From the NCBI GenBank assembly GCA_040373665.1, contig JBEICA010000002.1, positions 1 to 45,440 on the forward strand: 45,440 nucleotides of DNA, in the 5' to 3' direction. The notes below the pieces were generated by a model that made no database searches, was not told the origin of the DNA, and worked only from the letters and a program-made list of their open reading frames with translations. Positions 36,655-43,677 of this stretch are shown in pieces. The position numbers were made by a program, and so were the translations under genes. Origin of the DNA: Burkholderiales bacterium. GTDB taxonomy: Bacteria; Pseudomonadota; Gammaproteobacteria; Burkholderiales; Ga0077523. Every line of letters begins with the position of its first letter. The first letter of the stretch is position 1.

Positions 36655-37680
36655 ATGCCCGGTTCGTCTTCGCCCGTCGCGCCCCTGGCCTCGTGGCAAC
36701 TGGATGCCTTCATCGTCGGCGCGGTATGGAATCACCAGGGCCGCCATGTGGCTTACGCCACTTCCGCGGGCGACATTCTCCTTTCGGATACACAGCGCCC
36801 TCCCGCTGTAAGGCGCCTGCGGGTCGAATGCGATCAGTTGTTGGCCGTGACAGCACTCGGCCCCGAGGACTTTCTCGTGAGCACCGACTCGGGGCGGCTG
36901 CTTCGCGTCTCGCCCACAGGCAAGTTCGCAGTCTTCTCTCATCATCCTGGCGCCTGGGTCGACGCGTTCGTGTCCAGCAGGCAGGGCTACGTCGCCGTCG
37001 GTGTCGGGCGCCGCATCGTGCTTCTGGCCGGCGACGGGACGCACATCGGCACCACCGCCGAACACGAGAGCACCATCGCGCAGTTGGCGCTGTCCCGGGA
37101 CGAGTCACGCGTTTTCGCCGCACATTACGGCGGTGTCACGGTCTGGAAGAAGGACGACCTGCGCGCGGCCAGCCGGCGCCTCCGCTATGCGGGGTCCCAC
37201 CTTGCAGTGTGCGTCTCCCAGGACAACAGGTTCGCGGCGACCTGCACACAGGAGAAGGAGATCCATGCCTGGCGCCTGAAGGAGGACCGCGACATGCGGA
37301 TGAGCGGCTACTACGCAAAGCCGATGGCAATGTCCTGGAGCGCCGACGGACAGTGGCTACTCACCAGCGGAGGCGATGCCGCCACCGCATGGTCCTTCTC
37401 CGGCAAGGGACCCGAGGGCAAGGGGCCCCGGTTGCTCGGCCCGATGAGCGAGTCCCTGGTGACCCGAGTATCGTGCCACCCGTCGGAGGCCATCGTGGCC
37501 ATCGGTTACGACGAGGGCACCGTGGTGCTCGCGGGCCTCGGTGCTCAGCCTCTGGAGGTTCCCGTGGTGAACGGCGGCGGGGCGGCAATATCGGCCCAGG
37601 CGTGGTCGCCGGATGGACGCCTCCTCGCCGCCGCCACGGAGGATGGGCGGGCCAGCCTCGTCTACGTGGGGGTCGACTGA
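36655..37680 (+). CDS. WD40/beta-propeller repeat protein
   Basis: Repeating units of about 40 aa end in W/F-containing strands (VTVWKK, IHAWRL, ATAWSF, AQAWSPDGRLLAAATEDGRASL). There is no signal peptide. ATG at 36655 is preferred over GTG at 36610. Confidence 0.72.
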   Translation: MPGSSSPVAPLASWQLDAFIVGAVWNHQGRHVAYATSAGDILLSDTQRPPAVRRLRVECDQLLAVTALGPEDFLVSTDSGRLLRVSPTGKFAVFSHHPGAWVDAFVSSRQGYVAVGVGRRIVLLAGDGTHIGTTAEHESTIAQLALSRDESRVFAAHYGGVTVWKKDDLRAASRRLRYAGSHLAVCVSQDNRFAATCTQEKEIHAWRLKEDRDMRMSGYYAKPMAMSWSADGQWLLTSGGDAATAWSFSGKGPEGKGPRLLGPMSESLVTRVSCHPSEAIVAIGYDEGTVVLAGLGAQPLEVPVVNGGGAAISAQAWSPDGRLLAAATEDGRASLVYVGVD

Positions 37681-37729
37681 CGCGCCGGGTGTCCCCCGGT
37701 CCGGCACGCCAGACCAGGGGACATGCACA

Positions 37730-38872
37730 TCACGCCACTGCGATGGGGTTGCCCGGGGAACCGGTACCGCCCTTGATCGGCAACGGGCTGAAGATGAACG
37801 CGAACTTGTACACCTTGTCCGCCGCCAGATGATCCAGCCGGATGTTCTCGAGGATGTGAATGCCGTTGCGCGTCAGGAAGATCTGATGCACCGGGAAGGC
37901 CAGATTGGGATCCGGGTTCGGCACCACCTCGATGGCCCAAACGTCCGCCGCGCCGACCGAGATTCCCTTGGACACAAGCCAGTTGGCAGCCTCGACGCCG
38001 ATTCCGGGCTCCCCGGAATTGAAGCGCGCGTTGTCCTTCATCCAGAGGTTCTCGCCCCAGCCGGTTCGCCAGCAGGCCATGGCGCCCTCGGTGATGTCCG
38101 CCTCTGTCATGCCCTGCCGCTTCAGGCAGGCCTTCAGGTCAGCCACGGTGATTTCCTCGCCCTTGTCCAGCATGCGCCCCTTGAGGCCTGCCACATCGAA
38201 CAGGATGCCCCGACAGAAGAAGGGCTTGACGTTCTCCACACCCAGCTTGACCAGACCGTACGCTCCCGACGTCGCCCCAGGGCCCGATCCCGCATTGTGC
38301 AGGTCCGCGCCGGTGATCCCGTTGTAGTAGATCTCCTTGGTCTTGTCGCTGATGCCGCCCTCGATGCGGCAACCGATGTGGCCCAGGCCGTCGAACTGTG
38401 TACCCACCTGTCCGATTTCTGTGGTCAGGATCTCGTCGTGCCAGATCGTCTGGTTCTTGCCGTAGGCACCGCCGGTCGGGTTGCCAGGGATGCGCAGCAC
38501 CCAGGCACGCTGTCCGAAGAGCGGCATGCCGAACTCGTACACCCTTCCGAGGCTGTAGACCTTTCCGGTCTTGATCTGGGAGACCGCGTCCATGGTGGTC
38601 TTCGGCCCCATCCAGTTCGTTGCCCCGACCTCGTCGTCCTTGCCCCAGCGTGACGGCCACCAGGGCTTCGCCATCGGCGTTCCCTCAATGGTGCCCTCAG
38701 CCGCCTCGGCCGGCTTCACCAGATCGAGTTCGTGCATTGCGACCGTCACGGCACCGACGGCGGCTGTGGCCACGGCCGCTCCGCGGATGAACTCCCTGCG
38801 GCTGACGCCTTCGGCGCCCTCTGCCTGACCCTTCGGCTGTCCCTCCGGAACATCTGCGTTGTGTGTATCCAT
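37730..38872 (-). CDS. Tat-exported cyclase-family (kynurenine-formamidase-fold) protein
   Basis: AGGAGA lies upstream of the ATG at 38872. The twin-arginine signal is SRREFIRGAAVATAAVGA. The core resembles the putative-cyclase fold, with VGTQFDGLGH at the metal-site position. Confidence 0.72.
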   Translation of the reverse strand: MDTHNADVPEGQPKGQAEGAEGVSRREFIRGAAVATAAVGAVTVAMHELDLVKPAEAAEGTIEGTPMAKPWWPSRWGKDDEVGATNWMGPKTTMDAVSQIKTGKVYSLGRVYEFGMPLFGQRAWVLRIPGNPTGGAYGKNQTIWHDEILTTEIGQVGTQFDGLGHIGCRIEGGISDKTKEIYYNGITGADLHNAGSGPGATSGAYGLVKLGVENVKPFFCRGILFDVAGLKGRMLDKGEEITVADLKACLKRQGMTEADITEGAMACWRTGWGENLWMKDNARFNSGEPGIGVEAANWLVSKGISVGAADVWAIEVVPNPDPNLAFPVHQIFLTRNGIHILENIRLDHLAADKVYKFAFIFSPLPIKGGTGSPGNPIAVA

Positions 38873-38950
38873 GCTTCTCCTGCCCCCTGAATGTCGGGTG
38901 ATGAATGCGCACGACCGTATTCGCCCGGCGCGCGCCCGTTGGCTTTCTTT

Positions 38951-38963
38951 GCAACCTGTTTGC
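38951..38963. promoter_or_regulatory. candidate operator, site B: GCAAC-CTG-TTTGC
   Basis: It lies within the 15-bp near-palindrome TGCAACCTGTTTGCA (38950-38964), between the cyclase-family gene and the Fur-family gene. Confidence 0.3.
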
Positions 38964-38994
38964 ACCAGGGCGTACACTACCCGTGGTCGCTGAA

Positions 38995-39007
38995 GCAATA
39001 CCATTGC
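38995..39007. promoter_or_regulatory. candidate operator, site D: GCAAT-ACC-ATTGC
   Basis: Perfect 5-3-5 inverted repeat 72 nt upstream of the Fur-family start, in the same divergent region as site B. Confidence 0.35.
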
Positions 39008-39078
39008 ATCTTGCGACGGTGTCGAGGGTGGTTTGGGACCGGCGCAAGCCGGCCTGCATGGGCCTCCGGAGGAAAACG

Positions 39079-39594
39079 ATGACGACAGAGTGCGATGGCA
39101 CGGCGGACGAACCGCGCTCGCCAGAGGAACTCCTCGCTCAGGCCGAAGCCCTGTGCAGTTCGCGCGGTCAGCGCTTCACGCCCCTGCGGCGGCAGATTTT
39201 CAGCGTCATCGCACGATCCAGCGGACCGATGACGGCCTACCGGATCCTCGATGAAGTCCAGGACACCGGCCGGGAGTCGGGCCCTCCGACCATATACCGA
39301 GCGCTCGACTTCCTGCAGACGCAGCACCTGATACACCGCGTGGAGTCGCTCAACGCGTTCGTGGCGTGCCAGCACCCGGAGCGGCACCACACGTGCCAGT
39401 TGCTGATCTGCACCGGCTGCGGCACGACATCGGAACTGGAGGCGGGGGGGATGATGTCGACGATCGCGAGGACGGCTGCCCGCGTAGGGTTCACCATCAG
39501 CGAGACAGTGCTGGAATTCAAGGGATTGTGTGTGCGCTGTCGCCTCGCTCTGGCCAGTCTCGCAGGGGGCAACAAAGCTGCCACTCGCGGCTGA
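39079..39594 (+). CDS. Fur-family metalloregulator (Zur-like)
   Basis: GGAGG lies 6 nt upstream of the ATG at 39079. The protein has a wHTH region (RILDEVQD....PPTIYRALDFLQTQHLIHRVE) and two Cys pairs (CQHPERHHTCQ..ICTGCG and CVRCR), as in Zur/Fur structural and regulatory sites. Confidence 0.85.
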   Translation: MTTECDGTADEPRSPEELLAQAEALCSSRGQRFTPLRRQIFSVIARSSGPMTAYRILDEVQDTGRESGPPTIYRALDFLQTQHLIHRVESLNAFVACQHPERHHTCQLLICTGCGTTSELEAGGMMSTIARTAARVGFTISETVLEFKGLCVRCRLALASLAGGNKAATRG

Positions 39595-39629
39595 TCGCCC
39601 CGCCGCGGGTTCGGGATCAGACCGCGAAC

Positions 39630-40703
39630 TCAGGCGGGCAGGGATGGATCCAGACGCGCCCGCTGCCTTCTGAACTCCCTCTGCGCCGCAGACGCTGCGA
39701 ACACGGGAAGATCTCGCGCCAGACTGGAGCGGACGACATCGGCGGGCAACTCGCTCGTGATGAAGTGCAGCTTCGAGCACCGATCCATCGAACCCCAACT
39801 CTGCAGCCGCGATGGCGGTTCCATGACGTGCTGGACACCCTGCAGGACGACCGGTCTCGTCTCACCTTCGATGCAGAGCACAGCGCGCAGACGATAGATC
39901 ACGTCGCCATGCAACTGAAGCCCCGCATTCATCCAGCCGTGGAAGGCCTCCCACGATGTATCTCCCGCGAGTCTCGCCTGGAACCGGAACAGGTTGCACC
40001 CGACTGCCGAAACATCCCCCTCACCCGAGCACAGCCAGGCGTCCAGGCTCCCTGTGCGGGAGAACTCTTCGTGCGCCCCTGCGCCCGTGAGCGTCGGCAG
40101 GGTGGCCTCATGGCCCCAAAGAATCCGCGCCGACGGATTGAGGCCCGAAAGCAAGTCCATCAATCCGGGTCTCAGGGACGAGGTTTCGCCCGGCACCAGC
40201 ACGATCCGATCGGCAACAGCAAGCTGCTTCGCGCCCAGGCCGGTCAGCGCCACTGCAGACGGTTCATCCGTCGCGCGCAATACCTGGATCACAGTGCCGA
40301 GGCGGAAGTAGTGCGTGACCAGAGCATTGTTCAGCAGCGTCTGCAGCACCGGCGCAGGATCAACCGCTTCGGCTGTTTCGATGATGAGCAGATCGAGGGG
40401 CGCGTTCGCCGCCGACCGGCGGGCATGAAGCCGGCGCATCGCATCCACCAAACCCGAGCGGGCAACACAGCACAGGCACCCTACTGCGTGCGGGACGAAC
40501 GCCCCTTCCACCTTCTCGCCGTCCACTGCCGACCCTGGAACGCCTGTCACCTCATTCGTGATGACCCCCACCGACAGGTCAGGCGAAGTCTCGAGCAGGC
40601 TGGCGATCCAATCGGACTTCCCGCTGTCACGGCGTCCCTGAATCACCAGCACCGGGGTGCGTGATTCAGGAAGCTCCTGGTCAAAAGGCAACATGGCTTT
40701 CAT
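39630..40703 (-). CDS. divergent COG0523/CobW-family paralogue (degenerate G motifs)
   Basis: Walker A is retained as GRRDSGKS and the CxCC metal motif as GCLCCVA. The ETTG motif is replaced by ETAEAVDP and NKxD by LVPGE. The CobW_C-like end is LRAVLCIEGETRPVVLQGVQHV. The start is 40703 or 40694. Confidence 0.75.
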   Translation of the reverse strand: MKAMLPFDQELPESRTPVLVIQGRRDSGKSDWIASLLETSPDLSVGVITNEVTGVPGSAVDGEKVEGAFVPHAVGCLCCVARSGLVDAMRRLHARRSAANAPLDLLIIETAEAVDPAPVLQTLLNNALVTHYFRLGTVIQVLRATDEPSAVALTGLGAKQLAVADRIVLVPGETSSLRPGLMDLLSGLNPSARILWGHEATLPTLTGAGAHEEFSRTGSLDAWLCSGEGDVSAVGCNLFRFQARLAGDTSWEAFHGWMNAGLQLHGDVIYRLRAVLCIEGETRPVVLQGVQHVMEPPSRLQSWGSMDRCSKLHFITSELPADVVRSSLARDLPVFAASAAQREFRRQRARLDPSLPA

Positions 40704-40736
40704 TCCTCCTGCCGCAGCCTGCCACCGGAGAGGGAC

Positions 40737-40749
40737 GAAACACTATTGC
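40737..40749. promoter_or_regulatory. candidate operator, site E (weak): GAAAC-ACT-ATTGC
   Basis: Matches 9 of 10 positions of GCAAY-N3-RTTGC. It lies 34-46 nt upstream of the second COG0523 gene. Confidence 0.2.
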
Positions 40750-40814
40750 GTCAGCAGGTCGCCAGTTGTGCCATCGGTGGGTCCGCGAAACGTGCCTGTT
40801 GGCGAGAAGATCGT

Positions 40815-40828
40815 CGTGAGCGCTCACG
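40815..40828. repeat. perfect 14-bp palindrome CGTGAGCGCTCACG
   Basis: Read directly from the sequence. It lies in the 181-bp spacer between ctaA (stop at 40885) and the second COG0523 gene (start at 40703). Confidence 0.5.
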
Positions 40829-40884
40829 CGGGCGAAGTGGGATGCCCCGCCGCTGCCGCAGCCACGCGGCGACTGCTTCGACCA

Positions 40885-41958
40885 TCAGGTCCGCCGCAGG
40901 GCGTGGGCCGTCCAGAGGGACAATGCGAACAGCACCAGCGCGCCGCCCTGATGAGCCGCACCGAGGGCCACCGGCACCTGCAACACGAGGGTGGTTATGC
41001 CCAGGGTCAGCTGCACGCCGAGCATCGCCAGCATGAGGTCGAGCGGCAGGCGCGCGGCCGGCGGGATGTCGGTGCGGCGTGCCTTCCACCAGAACAGCGG
41101 GATGGCGACGAACAGCGCCCAGGCGATGGCCCGGTGGTTGAACTGCACGGTGGTGAGGTTGTGGAAGACATTGTCCCACCACGGGTCCTGCACCCAGAGG
41201 CCGGGAGGCACCACGTGGCCGTCCATGAGCGGGAAGGTGTTGTAGGCATAACCGGCGCGGGTTCCTGCAACCAGCGCCCCTGACAGCACCATGACGAACA
41301 CTGCCGCACTCAGCCCGGCCGCGAGGCGTGCGAGACGGCGCTGACGCGGCGACGCCGCCACGCCGAGCGGTGCCAGCAAACCCAGAGCAGTCCACCACAT
41401 GGCGCCAAAGATCAGGAAGGCGGTGCCCAGATGCACCGCCAGACGCACGTGGCTCACCCGGGGCGTGTCCACGAGACCGCTGCTGACCATCCACCAGCCG
41501 ATCGCCCCCTGCAGGCCACCGAGGCAGAAAATGCCGACCAGACGGGGAGCGAGCGCACGTTCGATGCGACCGCGCAACGCAAACCACGCCAGCGGCAGGA
41601 GGAAAGCCAGCCCGATGGCCCGGCCGAGCAGACGGTGGATGTATTCCCACCAGAAGATGCCCTTGAACTCATCGAGCGTCATGCCGCGGTTGACCTTCAG
41701 GTACTCGGGGGTTTCGCGGTACTTCGCGAACATCACGTCCCAGTCCGCCGGGTTCAACGGCGGCAGGGTGCCGGCGATGGGTTGCCACTCGACGATGGAC
41801 AGCCCCGACCGGGTGAGCCGGGTGACACCGCCGACGACCACCATGATGAAGACGAGGGCGCAGCAGACGAACAGCCACAGCGCGATCTGGCGCCGGGCGA
41901 CCGCGGAGGCGGCGACGCGCCCAGGCGCGCGCGCGATGTAGGGCAGCGAGGTTTCCAT
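40885..41958 (-). CDS. ctaA: heme A synthase (COX15/CtaA)
   Basis: 357 aa with 8 TM segments. VTRLTRSGLSIVEWQP...PPLN..W...F..Y...PEY and EYIHRLLGR are conserved COX15 blocks with the His ligands. Confidence 0.92.
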   Translation of the reverse strand: METSLPYIARAPGRVAASAVARRQIALWLFVCCALVFIMVVVGGVTRLTRSGLSIVEWQPIAGTLPPLNPADWDVMFAKYRETPEYLKVNRGMTLDEFKGIFWWEYIHRLLGRAIGLAFLLPLAWFALRGRIERALAPRLVGIFCLGGLQGAIGWWMVSSGLVDTPRVSHVRLAVHLGTAFLIFGAMWWTALGLLAPLGVAASPRQRRLARLAAGLSAAVFVMVLSGALVAGTRAGYAYNTFPLMDGHVVPPGLWVQDPWWDNVFHNLTTVQFNHRAIAWALFVAIPLFWWKARRTDIPPAARLPLDLMLAMLGVQLTLGITTLVLQVPVALGAAHQGGALVLFALSLWTAHALRRT

Positions 41959-42103
41959 GCCCGGATTCTACCAACCCGCCCTGTCCGTCCCACCCTCGAC
42001 AAAAACCGGCGTCCAGTACCACAGCCACGTGCGGCCTGGCTCCTGACCGCCGCCGCGTTCGCTGCTAACCTTGCGAGTTCCGATACTCTAGGAAGCCGAC
42101 GCC

Positions 42104-42529
42104 ATGGCCGAACGACCCGAAGAGATGGACGCCCAGATGAACGCGTCCGACCTGTACCGCGAGGAGATGATCACCGACCGCCGGGTCGGCACCATCCGTG
42201 TGCTCCAGCCCATCACGGTGGAGGGCCTGCCCGATCCGGCACGCCGCGCGCAGTACATCGGCGAGGCCCAGATCATGACCAACATGGGCGCCCTGCCCCT
42301 GAGCTTCGAACTTCCGGACGATTCGCTCGCCGCCGCCGTGGCCGGCTACGCGGACGCCGCCGCCGCGGCGATGGAGCGCGCCATGCAAGAAATCCAGGAG
42401 ATGCGCCGGCAGGCGGCCTCCTCCATCGTCATCCCGCAGGGCGGTGGCGGCATGGGTGGCGGGGGCTTCGGTGGTGGCGGAGGCTTCGGCGGACCAGGAC
42501 GCGGTGGCGGTAAGCTCCAGATGCCCTGA
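42104..42529 (+). CDS. conserved hypothetical cytoplasmic protein with a Gly-rich tail
   Basis: 141 aa. NASDLYREEMITDRRVGTIRVLQPI resembles a widespread proteobacterial hypothetical family. The C-terminus is GGGGMGGGGFGGGGGFGGPGRGGG. Confidence 0.6.
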   Translation: MAERPEEMDAQMNASDLYREEMITDRRVGTIRVLQPITVEGLPDPARRAQYIGEAQIMTNMGALPLSFELPDDSLAAAVAGYADAAAAAMERAMQEIQEMRRQAASSIVIPQGGGGMGGGGFGGGGGFGGPGRGGGKLQMP

Positions 42530-42561
42530 CCACGCGGCCCGCCGCTGCGGCGGGCCGTGCC

Positions 42562-42771
42562 TCAGAGTTCGAGCAGCCAGGTGAGGACGGCCTTGGCGAT
42601 GAAGCCGATCATGCCGAAGGCGAGGACGAAAAACAGCACGAACGTGCCGAGTCGGCCGGCCTTGGACTCGCGCGCCAGGTTCCAGATGATGAACAGCATG
42701 AAGCCGATGAACGCCGTCAGGCCGACGCTCATGCCCAGCTCCGCGACGCGTTCCTCGGTCAGCCCGAACAT
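42562..42771 (-). CDS. DUF2788-like small membrane protein
   Basis: 69 aa with two or three TM helices. MFGLTEERVAELGMSVGLTAFIGFMLFIIWNLARESKAGRLG matches my recollection of DUF2788. Confidence 0.65.
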   Translation of the reverse strand: MFGLTEERVAELGMSVGLTAFIGFMLFIIWNLARESKAGRLGTFVLFFVLAFGMIGFIAKAVLTWLLEL

Positions 42772-42891
42772 GGGTTCCGCCCGGACGCCTCACCCGGCCG
42801 CAGCATGATCCCCGGACGCGCGGCCCGGCAGGCCGGGTCCTGCATTCCGGGTCGACCTGCCCTGGCCACGCGCTGACACGGCGTCGGACGG

Positions 42892-43677
42892 TCAGCGGCG
42901 GCGCGGGAGCGATTCGACATCGAGAACCTCCCGGTAGGCGTGCCAGGTCGCGTGTCCGATGACCGGGATGGCGACCACGAAACCGAGCAGCGCGCTCGCC
43001 AGACACAGCGCGGTGGCGAGCATGATCAGCGTCGCCCAGAAACCCATGGCCACCGGGCTGTCGCCCACCGCCCGCACGCTCGCCAGCAATGCCGTGCGCA
43101 GGCCGACGTCGCGGTCCAGGAGTAACGGGACCGACACCGCCGTCAGGGCGAACACCAGCGCGGCGCCCAGCCCGCCCAGCAGCAGCCAGAGCATGAACAG
43201 CCACTGCCCCTGCGACACCAGCACATAACGCAGGAAAGCCGCCGGACTGTCGACGGCATCGCGCACGAATACCGCGAACAACAGCCCCGTCAGCAACACC
43301 CAGGCGGTGGCGGCCGCGAGCAGCAGCAGGCCCAGGCCCACCAGCGGTCGCGTGCCGCGGCGCCAGGCGGCCAGGGCGTGTCCCAGAGACGGCCGCCCGC
43401 CCTCCTGGAGTACCCGACTCAGCTCGTACAGCCCGGTGGCCAGGACCGGTCCCACCAGCACAAACCCGGACACCGCGCCGGGCAACAGCGGCAGATACAC
43501 CAGCGTGGCGGCGACGATGGCGAGCCCGCCCGCCGCCACGATCAGGCCATGGAGAGCGCTCGGCCAGCCGATGACACGCAGGTCCCGCCAGCCGCAGGCA
43601 AGCCAGTGCAGGGGACGATCGACCCCGACCGAACGCACACGGGGCGTGACCTCATCCTCATGGGCCTGCGTCGTCAT
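42892..43677 (-). CDS. DUF2189-like integral membrane protein
   Basis: 261 aa. PLHWLACGWRDLR ... GFVLVGPVLATGLYELSR is typical of the DUF2189 family. The ATG overlaps the stop of the upstream helicase-nuclease (ATGA). Confidence 0.7.
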   Translation of the reverse strand: MTTQAHEDEVTPRVRSVGVDRPLHWLACGWRDLRVIGWPSALHGLIVAAGGLAIVAATLVYLPLLPGAVSGFVLVGPVLATGLYELSRVLQEGGRPSLGHALAAWRRGTRPLVGLGLLLLAAATAWVLLTGLLFAVFVRDAVDSPAAFLRYVLVSQGQWLFMLWLLLGGLGAALVFALTAVSVPLLLDRDVGLRTALLASVRAVGDSPVAMGFWATLIMLATALCLASALLGFVVAIPVIGHATWHAYREVLDVESLPRRR

